Both the position numbers and the translations under genes were made by a program. Under the pieces are notes generated by a model. That model was not told the DNA's origin, searched no databases, and worked only from the letters and a program-made list of their open reading frames with translations. A DNA stretch of 64,000 nt from Eledone cirrhosa. Lineage: Eukaryota. Below are positions 1 to 11,200 of the stretch, piece after piece. The stretch is taken from the NCBI GenBank assembly GCA_964016885.1, contig OZ024743.1, positions 339,016,001-339,080,000 of the forward strand, in the 5' to 3' direction. Numbering within the stretch: position 1 is the first letter of the stretch; each line of letters starts with the position of its first letter.

Positions 1-389
1 CAATAGGACTGTGTACATTGTGTGGTTGATGTATATGTTATTACCTAGCAGTGTGTATGTTGTGTGGTTTATATATGATATTACACTAGCAACTCGGAGT
101 GTATTGAGTACATTCTATCATGGCACCAATGGTATCTCAGTGTGTAATGGCCTTCTGATGCTAATGATGACAGTGATGTTGAGAACATTGAAGAGGATGA
201 GGATGATGCTAATGATGATGGTGATAGTGATGACTTTTTTTACATAATTACATTTAAATGGTTTTTTCTTTTTTGTTTTTTTTTCCTGTAATTTGTCCCT
301 GTAATGCCCCCTTCCCCCTTGTGGCAAAATAAAAAAATGACTGTTATCTAATGGTATTGTTGTTTGTGTTTTGTTTGGTGCGGCTGAAG

Positions 390-556
390 AAAGTAAACCC
401 CTGAGTCACTTCCGAAATTGGGAGAAGTTTGTGAAGGAAGTTACTGAGGAAGAGAAAAATGAAAAACCTGAAGGTGATGCAGCCTTAAACCACTTATTTC
501 AACAGATCTATGCTGACGGCAACGATGATGTGAAGAGGGCCATGGTGAAGTCTTAT
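390..556 (+). CDS. SUGT1: SGT1 (HSP90 co-chaperone, SGS domain) penultimate coding exon
   Basis: Translation [47 protein letters not shown] matches the SGS domain. GTAAGT donor at 557. Acceptor uncertain (AG at 388-389 or 392-393). Confidence 0.9.
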
Positions 557-1125
557 GTAAGTAGATACACTGTCTTCAATAGACTGTCTTCATATAATAA
601 TAATAATAATTATTATTGTGTACAATGCTCAAGTGCACTACAACTCATCAAAGATGCATGTATAGTCCATAGAATAATGTACAAATATCAGAAAAGTGAA
701 CATACATTTACACATATACACACATGATGATGTGAAGTCATGATATACACACATACACACACGTGTGTGTGTGTATGGAGGGGGAATATCAGCTGTAGTG
801 TTGGCGAATTTCGGGAAGCATGGACATTTTGAAGGATCCAGTGACCCAACAGCTAGCAACTGATGTAGATAACAGCATTTGTATGCATATGATAGAGAGC
901 ACTCTCTATCATATGCATACATATATACACATACAAACACTGTTTTTATATAACATTGTTCTCTGTCATATGCACTTACACATACACATAACATATGTCT
1001 TGTATGAATAGGCTGCCTTTGTATAACACTGTTCTATATTACACACATACACATTCACATATATATATATATGTTATATTCACATACATATATATATATA
1101 TATGATATATATATATATATGATAT

Positions 1126-1472
1126 GGAGGCACATGGCTTAGTGGTTAGAGCATTAGCCTTGCAATCAAAAGGTTGTGAGTTCAATTCTCAGACCGGGTG
1201 ATGTGTTGTTTCCTTGAGCAAGACACTTTATTTCACATTGCTCCAGTTTACTCAGCTGTAGAAATGAGATGATAGGGACTGGGGTCCATATCATTCCACT
1301 GCAAAGTGGTCGTGGAGGTGCCACGGCAAAAAAACACCCAACACTCACTGTAAATGAGGTTGGTGTTAGGAAGGGCATCCAGCTGTAGAAATCAAGCCAG
1401 AATCAGTTCCCGTCCCACCCTTGCAAGCAGGGAAAAAGCGGACATAAAATGAAATGAAATGATGAAATGATG
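1126..1472 (+). mobile_element. tRNA-derived SINE with RTE-related 3' half (intronic)
   Basis: A box TGGCTTAGTGG, B box GAGTTCAATTC, central CCTTGAGCAAGACACTT. 3' part matches 10298-10495 of the RTE LINE. ATGAA/ATG-repeat tail. Confidence 0.8.
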
Positions 1473-1499
1473 TGAAGAATGCCACAGTATGTTAATAGG

Positions 1500-1727
1500 C
1501 TGTTGCTAACATAGTGGAAATGCTGTATAAACTGTCTGTTGTTGCTAATTTGGTCAAAACACGACACCCACATCTCTGTTGTGTTGCTAATTTGGTCAAA
1601 CATGTCAGCCACAACTCTCTTTTGTTGCTAATTTGATCAAAGATGATGGCCACATCTCTTTGTATTGTGTTGCTAATTTTGCCAAACACGACAGCAACAT
1701 CTCTGTGTGTTATGTTGTTAATTTCAT
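1500..1727. repeat. Degenerate ~42-45 bp minisatellite (~5-6 units)
   Basis: Recurrent TGTTGCTAATTTGGTCAAA...CACATCTCT near 1501, 1540, 1582, 1624, 1668, 1713. Confidence 0.7.
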
Positions 1728-1911
1728 TAAAGGATATCCTGAAAAGATCGTGGGGGTCAGAGTCTTTAAGCAAACTATCCAGCAGGTTGTGTCAGAAGCA
1801 ACTGTCTCCAATCAATCCAGCAGATCTTTTGAAAACTAATAAAACAATTGGTTCATTTCCAAACACTTTTGAAAAGTTGCTTGTATGACTCCCTTCCATC
1901 TTTTCACAGAG

Positions 1912-2635
1912 CAACACATCACTATCACCACCAACATCACCAACACCATCATCACCAACATCACCAACACCATAACCACCAACATCACACATCACCACCA
2001 ACATCACCACCACCACCAACACCACCATAACCACCACCACCAACACCACCATCACCACCAACACCACCACAACCATCACCACCAGCAACACCACCAGCAA
2101 CACCAACATCACCATCACAACCATCACCACCAACACCACCACGACCATCACCACCAACACCACCACGACCATCACCACCAACACCACTACAACCATCACC
2201 ACCAACACCCACCATCACCAACACCATCACCAACACCATCACCAACACCACCAACACCACCACCACCACCACCATCACCACCATCACCACCACCATTACC
2301 ACCATCACCACCACCACAACCATCACCACCAACACCACCACAACCATCACCACCGACACCCACCATCACCACCACCATCACCACCACCATCACCATCAAC
2401 ACCATCACCACCACCACCACCACCACCATCACCAACACCACCACCAATATCAACACCACCATTACCACCAACATGATCACCACAACCAACACCATCACCA
2501 ACACCACCACCACCATCCCCACCATCACCATCCCCACCATCACTAACACCATCACCATCACCACCACCACCACCACCAACACCACCATCAGCACCACTAC
2601 CCCCACCACCACCATTGCCATCATCCCTATCATAC
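1912..2635. repeat. (CAC/CAT/CAA)n low-complexity tract in SGT1 intron
   Basis: Continuous mixed CAH triplets. Confidence 0.95.
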
Positions 2636-2681
2636 TGAATTATCAATAAATATTTCATGGTTCCTTTCTCTCTGTTTATAG

Positions 2682-2789
2682 GTAGAATCCAGTGGCACAG
2701 TCCTCAGCACCAATTGGAATGAGGTTGGAGAGAAAGCCGTGGATGTGAAACCTCCATCTGGGATGGAATACAAGAACTGGGAGGCGTAG
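2682..2789 (+). CDS. SUGT1: SGT1 last coding exon (VESSGTVLSTNWNEVGEKAVDVKPPSGMEYKNWEA*)
   Basis: Not in the ORF track. Polypyrimidine tract then AG at 2680-2681; phase-0 join to the upstream exon. Carries the ESxGTVLSTNW and PP.GME.K.W SGS motifs. TAG at 2787-2789. Confidence 0.93.
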   Translation, partial: VESSGTVLSTNWNEVGEKAVDVKPPSGMEYKNWEA

Positions 2790-2829
2790 CTTTCCTGCTC
2801 TTTCACATTTTTGTTTTGTCTGCTCCTGT

Positions 2830-3360
2830 TCTTTATCTGTTTCTCTTGCTCTCGCTCTCTCTTTATAATCTATCTGTCTGTCTCTTTCACTCTCTCTCCC
2901 TCTCTATCTATCTCTATACCCTTTGTCTCTGTTTCCCCCTCTCTCCATCTCAGCTTAATCTCTCTCTCTCTCTCACTGCCGCTTGACTCTTTATCTCTCT
3001 GTTTCCTCTCTCTCCTTTCTCCTCTGCCTACTCTTTCTTTCTCCTTGTCTCTTATATCTGTATCTTCCTTTCTCTCTCTGTCTTCCTCTCTCTGCCCCTC
3101 CCCCCTTATCTTCTTACTCTCTCTGTCTATTCTCTAACTATCTATCAATCTTTTGTCTTTCTTTGTCACTCTCTCTCTCTTCCCTTATCTCTTTGTCTTC
3201 TCTCTTTGTTTTCCTCTTCTCTCTTTGTCTTCTCTCTTTGTTTTCCTCTTCTCTCTATCTGCTTACTCTCGCCTATTCTCTATGTATCTACTTTCTTTTT
3301 GTCTCTCTTTGTCTTTTTCTTCTCTCGCTCTCTTTGTCCTATACTCTATCTACTAACCTG
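2830..3360. repeat. CT-rich low-complexity tract downstream of SGT1 stop
   Basis: Imperfect (CT)n/(CTGT)n polypyrimidine. Confidence 0.9.
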
Positions 3361-3466
3361 TTGTCTCGCTGTCTCAAGATTTTTTTTGTTTATATAATCC
3401 CACCCCACCCACCCCTATGCAACTGCTGAATGCTGTTAGCTTTTGTCATTATTATTATTATTAGGT

Positions 3467-3912
3467 AGGCAGTGGATCACCAGAATTGTTAAAACATTGT
3501 ACCAAATGCCTTGTTGTATTTGTTCTGATGTTTTACATTCTGTGTTCAAATCTTGCCGAGGTCAACTTTGCCTTTCCTCCTTCCGGGGTCAATAAAGTAC
3601 CAGTCAAGTACTGGGGTCGATATATTTGACCTTCCCCTTCCCACAAATTGCAGGCCTTGTGCCTAAATTAGAAGTCATTGTTGTTATTATTATTATTATA
3701 AAGGCGATGGATGGCAGAATCGGTAGAGTGTCAGAAACAATGCCTTGCTATATTTAATTATGTCCTTTTACATTCAGAGTTCAAATCCCTCTGGAACTCT
3801 ACTTTGCCTTTCAACCTTCTAAAGTTAATAAAATAAAGGACCAGTGTAGTACTGGGGTCGATTTAATTGGCTGTTCCTTCCCAACCCCAAAATAATTGAA
3901 GCCTTGTGCTCT
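3467..3912 (+). mobile_element. Two adjacent copies of an abundant tRNA-derived SINE (3467-3675, 3702-3912)
   Basis: GTTCAAATC B-box-like motif, GAGGTCAACTTTGCCTTTC, AAGTACCAGT...TACTGGGGTCGAT and GCCTTGTGC, with (TTA)n flanks. Confidence 0.8.
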
Positions 3913-4053
3913 TTTTAAAACAAATTATTATTATTATGCATTAGATTCCTGGTTGGAACAGCTTCACCTGCTAATGCCCCTGGGAAAGGCAACAATATCA
4001 CAACATCCCATTCCTCTTCCCTTGCATAATTAGAGAAATTATAATTATTTTTA

Positions 4054-4084
<31 letters not shown>

Positions 4085-4162
4085 CATCATCATTATTATT
4101 ATTATTTTTATTATTATTAAATATTAAATATTTCACTTCTTGTTCCTGTTTTTATTCATTAT

Positions 4163-4354
4163 TGTTATAACCCTTTGAAATGGTTATATTTTCTATGATG
4201 CGGAGGTACTAACAATTTTATCTCAAAAGTAACTTCCAACTACAAAACGTGAGACTTTCAAACAAGACTCCAACCGGACCATGACAGCTTATCTTGTTGT
4301 TTATTTGTCCACTGAGTCCATTTCTTTAATCCCAAAGGGGTGTTCACCACATCA
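4163..4354 (-). repeat. 3' LTR of Gypsy element (TG...CA), PPT at 4355-4366
   Basis: Diverged direct repeat of 8106-8264. On the minus strand CAAAAGGGGAGA precedes TGATGTG; the LTR ends ...TATAACA. Confidence 0.85.
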
Positions 4355-7300
4355 TCTCCCCTTTTGAAATTTTCTTCCTTTGGAAATTAATAATTTTTTT
4401 TCCCCAACATTTTCCTTTTTGAGATTTACTTCCTTTGGAAGCTTAATATTTTTTCTGCTTCGAGACTACCTTCAACAATTCCATCTATTTTCTTTTTCTT
4501 GTGCTGGTACGCCTTGGTTCGATATTTTCTTGTGGAGCCTACTACCATAGGTACTTCTTTTCTTGTACCCTTTTCCTCAGCCAACATTAGCTTTAGCTAA
4601 TTAATGTGCCTATTGTGTTCCCACTTCGAACCTTGCACCATGTACGTCATTTTACCAATCCATTTTTTTATTACACCATCTATGCAACCTTCCTTTTCAT
4701 TCCTGGATACTCGGAAAAACAGCTTATATCCAGGTTTGAAATATTTGAATGTATTAATGGTGTTTCTCCAGGTCTTTATTTTACGTCCCGGCAAAAAAAA
4801 CTGACCTAATTTTTCTGGCAAACAGCAGTTCAGCTGGCGACATGCCTGAAACAGTATTTGGGTTTGGCATCACTCAGTAAACTCTCAGGAATTGTTGTAA
4901 CGATACTTCCTCCTCTTCCTCATTCTTAGATTTTGTAGCGCCCTATTGAACGTGTCCACAAAGCATTCAGCTTGTCCGTTCAATCTTGGGTGACACAGAG
5001 GAGTAGTGATATGGTCAATTGTGAACATTTTGCAAAAATTCTTGAATTCACTTGCAGTAAATTGGGTACCATTATCAGAGACTATGGTGTCAGGGACACC
5101 AAACCTTGCAAATCGTCTGTAGAAAATTCACTGTTACTGTGGTCGTCAGTCTTCTACATTTACAAATCTCTGACCATTTTGTGAAACTGTCCACAACTTC
5201 TAGATAATATGATCTGTTTAACGGTCCTGCAAAATCTAGGTGTAACCTAGTCCATGGAATATCAGTCTTGGGCCAAGGTTGAAATTTTTTAGGTGGTGAT
5301 TTCACTGCAAGAGCACAGCCTCTGCAGGATTTTACTAACTTCTCGATATCTAGGTCTATTTTTGGCCAGTAAATATAACACCTCATGATTGACTTCATCC
5401 TAGAAATTTCTGGATATCCAGTGTAGAAATTGTTTAACATTCGTTTTTGTAGTGAAACAGGCATTACGACGCTGTGCATCCATAAGCACATCATCATATA
5501 TCGAATACGTGTTCGAATCCGTGTTACATCCAGCAACATGTATTTTTATTTTTTTCTTCCGATCTCACTATTTTTTTCATTTTGATAATAAACTCGTCCT
5601 TTTCTGCCTTAATTTTTATTTCTTCCAATGTGATGGGCAATTCTTACACAGAGTTGCGTAGTATATTTTTTAATTTGTTTTCGGCTCTTAAAGCTGTGAT
5701 CTTCGTGTCTCCTAGTGGTTCACTGTATTTTGGTATTTATCTCGACAAACCATCCGAATGTCCCAATTTTTTAAATGGCAAATACTCCATCTTGAAGTTG
5801 CAATTTAGTAGGATCGTTCCCCAGCGCTGCAATCTGTTGGCTGTATGAGTAGGAATACCCTTTTTTGAACCATAGATCAACAATTATGGGTAGTGGTCTG
5901 TTTGTAAATGGAATTTTCTTCCATGTATGAATTTATGGAATTTTTTTATGATGGCTAATGCTTCCTTCTCTATCTGACTGTAATTTTTTTCAGCCGGCAA
6001 TAAGGACCACAGAGCATAAGCTACAGCTTTTAAATTTCCATCTTCATATCTTCATATTTGTGTAAAACAACATCTATACCACTTTCACTCACGTCTGATG
6101 TGACTACAGTTTCTAATTTCAGGTCAAAATGTGACAAATCCAAAGTTGGGATGCTTTTAATTTCCTCAAAAGCTTTTTGGCACATCTCTGACCAGTTCCA
6201 TTTAACATCTTATTTAACAAGTTATTTAGAGGTTCTCTCAAATCATGCGTATTTGGTATGTATACCTGGTAGTAATTTGCAAGCCCTAATAATGCTTGTA
6301 ACATTTTAGTGTTTGTTGGGGCAGGGATATTTTTTATTGCATTCGACCTTGACAGGTCTGAACTTTGCCTGTTTTCGTCGATAATTTACACCAGATATTT
6401 TATTCTTGGCTTAAAAAATTCACATTTTTCATCGCTGAGCGTAAAACCATATTCTTTAATTTAAAAAAAAACCTTTTTAACTTACTCAGCATGCTGACCT
6501 CGAGATTCACTTTTTATAAGTGTATCATCGAGGTAAACCATTGCGAAATTTGAACATGCGTAATCAATTTTTTCAATAACCCCCTAGCTTTTCAAGTCTA
6601 TCCAATTCTTCATTAACTTGTTCCAATGCAGTGAAAGGTACACTCCTTTTTGGTTTGAATACCAGTATAGCATATTCCTTTACTTGAAACTTTGCCTTTG
6701 TCTTCTTGCAAAGTCCTAACGTTTTAAAAAAACCTTCAGGAAAACCATATTTTAATCTTTAAAATTTTTCTGCCTTCTTTGTGTTGGAGGAAAAAACATT
6801 CACTTTTTGGCAAAAAAAGTTTATGGCGAAGTTCCATAAATCAGATAATTCCATCCAGTCTCTTCCAAATAAATTTGTTGTGATATTGAGCACAAAAACT
6901 TTTGCTTTTAAGTTTTTACCACTTAATAAAACATCACTTGTCATTTCGCACTTAAAATGCAACCTTTTTGCTGAGACACCACGTGCGCGTTTTGAAGTTA
7001 CTTTTAACCAGAGCTTCCTGATTTTTCTCCATGTTTCCTCATTAATTATTGTGGCATCACTGTCCGTATCCAATTGAAACTTGCCATTCATGTTGTCTAT
7101 TTTCACAAATACAAGTTTTCTTTTCTGATTCTAACTTAGATTTTTTGTTGACATGACCTCATTGACAACATTTTTACCATTCAACCTTTTTTTCTTTTGT
7201 TTCCCGCTACAATGCATACAATGCAAGCTTTTATGTCCAACTTTTCCACACTCATAACATTTAAAATTTTTGTAAGAACAGCTACTTTTAAAATGTAAGC

Positions 7301-8105
7301 TCCCCCCCCCCCCCCCCCCCTGGGTTTGACAATTGTTGTTTTTCTTATCCGTTCTAGGTCAAACCGAATGGATTTGTGAACAAACTCTTAAAATTTTTCT
7401 GCATCATGCCATAAGTTTATGATCCTCTGGCATTCTTCTGCCATTGCCTGCAGTGTCAATTTTTGGTCTTGTTCTAACTTTGTTAATATCCGCATCTTTG
7501 TTAGCAGTCAGCCTTTGTACAAAGATTAGACATTTGAACATGGTTATTTCATTTAATTAGAACTTTTCACATTCTCTATTTACAACCCCAGCATAGGTGA
7601 TGAAATCTTCATCGTCTTTTTTCATCAAGTTTAAACACTGCCAGCGAGTATTGAACAGTGAACTTCTTTCACTGAAAATTTTTTATAAAATTTTAATTGT
7701 TTCATCGAAACAAATCTCACCTGGCTTCTTTGGCAGAATAAAATTGCAATACTTTTCGTGTTCGGCAGGGGATAGCTTCCTTAATAGTCGTCGTATTTTC
7801 TTTTCGTCATTCCAACCGCGACATTCTTCCTTGAAGATTTCTTCATATCTTCTAAAATATGCTGCAAAAGTACCACCTTCTTCTGGTTTGTACACAAATT
7901 CTCCAATTGAGTTTGCCACGGCATCTGGTGTGAACAAACCTGAAGTACTTTCTGACTTTTTTAACATTCATTCTAGCATCTATTGCTGTTGTTGTAACTG
8001 CACCATGGCAGCTAACAAATCCTCTATGCCAAAGATTTTTTTCTCTTTGGTTTTGTGCAAACATAATCCACAGACCAGCGCAAGCTTCGAATATATTGTT
8101 GCCAC

Positions 8106-8264
8106 TTTTATAACCCTTTGAACTGGTTATATTTTCTACAATGCAGGGGTACCAACAATTTTATCGCAGCTGTAACTTCCTACTACAAAATGCGAGTCTT
8201 TCAAATGAGAGACCAACCAAACTTCTGACAATGTATCTCGTTTATTTATAATAGTCCCAAAGGG
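8106..8264 (-). repeat. 5' LTR of Gypsy element (outer end missing), PBS-like TGGCAACA at ~8097-8104
   Basis: TTATAACCCTTTGAA.TGGTTATATTTTCTA...TCCCAAAGGG shared with 4165-4339. Confidence 0.82.
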
Positions 8265-11200
8265 CTGTAACTAACTAGTTAGATCACAGACCATAATTAG
8301 ACCTGAAGCTGCAACTAATTAAACTGCAGGCTGTAACTATCTAGTTATACCACAGGCTGTACTAGTTAGACAACTAAATAGCTAGACAATAGGCTGTAAT
8401 TTACTAGTTAGACAATGGACTATCTACATAGACAACAGGCTGTAACTAGTTAGACCAGACTGTAACTAATTAGACCACAGGCAGTCACTAACTAAATAGA
8501 CAACTATGATGTCAATGGAGAGAAGTGTGTCCAGGATGATGTAGGTGAGCTTGTTCTCACAAGTGCCTGCGTGGAAGAGCCATTATGAAAGATTACTGAA
8601 TGAGGAGAATGCATGGGAGAAAGAGACCCTATTCCAAGTGGAGTCTATAGAGGGCCCAGCAATACAAGTCAGCAGCAGTGTAGTAAGTAAGGCAATTAAG
8701 GATATGAAGACTGGGAAAGCAACTGGTCCATTGGGTATAGCTGCCAAGATGCTGAAAGCTGGGTCGGTAGGTCATCCCATAACCATATGTATCGTTAACC
8801 AAGTAATACTAGAAGGCGTAATACTAAATGACTGGTGCAGCAGCATCATTGTCAGCTGCTACAAGGGTAAAGGAGATGCACTAGATAGAGGAAACTTTAG
8901 ACGTATAAAGCTGATGGACCAGGTCATGAAAGTAACAAAGAATTATAGCCCAGTTGATTAGGGACCGGGTAAATCTAGATGAGATGCAGTTTGGGTTTGT
9001 GCCAGGCAAAAGCACTACTTCCTTGTGAGACAGTTACAGGAAAAGTACCTAGCTAAAAGTAAGCCACCCTACCTAGCATTTGTCGATCTGGAAAAAGCCT
9101 TTGACAGAGTGTCCTGTGCTATAATCTGGTGGACTCTTAAAAAACTAGGAGTAGATGAATGGCTTGTGAAGGCTGTACAAGCCATGTATAGGGGAGCAGT
9201 CAGCACAGTTAGGGTTAACAATGATTATAGCGAGGAATTTAGCATACAGGTTGGTGTCCATCAGGACTCTGTTCTTAGCCATAATAGGAATTTAAGACCA
9301 GCTTCCCACAGGACCTTCTATACGCAGAAGATCTTACATTTATAGCTGAATATATGGGGAACTAGAGAAGAAATTCCAAACATGGAAGCAGGGCCGGGAA
9401 AGAAGTGGTCTCAAAGACTAAGGTCCTCGTAAGTAGGCTGAAAACAGAACCCAGATCCCCTCAGGGAAATGGTCTTGCTCAGTATGTAGGAAAGGTGTAG
9501 GTAGAAATTTCATCCTCTGCTCCAAATGCAAACTATGGGTACACAAAGATGTAGTGGGATCTCAGGAAGTTTAGTCAAGAATGTAGGCTTTACATGTAGC
9601 AGTTGCACCGGGACAGTAAGCAGGAAACAAGCACTACCAAATTATGGGAGGGCTCTGTAGAAACAGTAGACAGCTTCTGTTACCTAGGTGACTGAATTAG
9701 CAGCGGAGGTGGGTGTTCTGAAAGTACAACAACCAGGTAAGAACGGGATGGAAGAAGTTCAGGGAATTACTACCACTGCTAGCTGCAAAAGGCTTTTCCC
9801 TCAAAACGATAGGCAGATTGTATGATGCATGCATACAAACAGCAATGTTGCATGGTAGTGAGACATGGGTGTTGTGTGAAGAAGACTTGCGTGGATTAGA
9901 AAGGAATGAAGCTTGCATGTTCCGATCGATGTGTAATAGTAATATACGTGAATGGCAAAGCATAAATGAATTGAGACAGACTAACCATAAGAGGAATCAA
10001 ATGATGTGTGCAGGAGAGGAGATTATGTTGGTATGGACATGTGATGCATATGAAGGATGACAGCTGCATAAAACGGTGCAGAGCACTAAAAGTCGATGGA
10101 AGCCTTCAAGTGGGGAGACTCAAGAAGACCTGGGATGAAGTGATAAAAGCTGACCTTGTCAATTGCACTTCTAAGATGATGACACAGGACAGAAACCTCT
10201 GGCGTCACGCAGTAATACAGAAGACCCGACTTCCCACAGGTACAAGCCGAAGCTGAAGCATATAGAGAGTATGCTCTCACTGTAATGTGGTTGTCTAGGT
10301 GTCACGACAAAAAAGCATCCAGTCCACACTGGAAATGAGGTTGGTGTTAGGAAGGGCATCCAGCTGAAGAAACCAAGCGAAAATCAGATATGCATGAGCA
10401 AGACATGGTCACCTGACCTGGCATTGCCCACAAAAGGACAACCTGTCTAACTAATGCTAGCGTGGAACAATGGACGTAAAACGGTGATGATGAAAATGGA
10501 GACATCTGGCTGTAATTAACTAGTTTAACAAGAGGCTGTAACTAACTAGTTACGCCAGAGGATGTTACTAGTTAGACCACAGGCTGTCACTAACTAGTTA
10601 GACCACAGACAGTCACTAAATAGTTAGACCACAGACTGCCACTAAGTAGTTAGACCAGAGGCTGTCACTAACTAGTTAGACCACAGGCTGTAACTACCTA
10701 GTTAGAGCCTGTGGTCTAACTAGTTAGTGACAGCCTAGTTAGAGCACAGACAGTCACTAAATAGACTACAGACTGTCACTAACTAGTTAGACCAGAGGCT
10801 GTCATTAACTAGTTAGACAACAGACTGTCACTAACTAGTTAGACCACAGACTGTCACTAACTAGTTAGACCACAGACTGTCACTAACTAGTTAGAGCACA
10901 GGCTGTAACTAGTTAGACCAGAAGCTGTCACCAACTTGTTAAACCACAGACAGTCACTAACTAGATAGACCAAACACTGTCACTGACTAGTTAGACCACA
11001 GACTGTCACTAACTAGGTAGACCACATGCTGTCACTAACTAGTTAAACCACATACGGTCACTAAATAGTTAGACCACAGACTGTCACTAACTAGTTAAGC
11101 CACAGACTGTTACTAACTAGTTAGACCACAAACTGTCATTAACTAGTTAGGCCAAACACTGTCACTAACTAATTAGACCACATACTGTCAGTAACTAGTT

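Larger units (their letters stand above)
4163..8264 (-). mobile_element. Decayed Ty3/Gypsy LTR retrotransposon (gag-PR-RT-RH-INT order)
   Basis: Gag fragment (7683-7967) and CCHC knuckle CYECGKVGHKSLHC (~7225-7265). Protease FQLDTDS (6759-7106), RT YLDD (~6525), RNase H pieces. Integrase H..C..C plus HLDFAGP (5090-5539). Many frameshifts; bounded by LTRs. Confidence 0.92.

Noticed and set aside
557-727. Continuation of ORF 371-727 past KSY
   Set aside because: Intron read-through; GTAAGT donor at 557, and homology resumes at 2682.
1126-1200. Possible tRNA gene
   Set aside because: The A/B boxes continue into a SINE body; no clean acceptor stem or terminator.
1792-3429. His/Thr/Pro-rich and Ser/Leu-rich ORFs
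   Set aside because: Products of CAC-type and CT-type low-complexity DNA in the SGT1 intron and 3' flank.
7302-7320. Poly-C run inside gag
   Set aside because: Homopolymer expansion or sequencing error in a dead element.
8507-10502. AATGGAGA at both ends of the RTE as a TSD
   Set aside because: The 5' copy lies within LINE coding sequence (DVNGEKCV), so it is not a clear target duplication.
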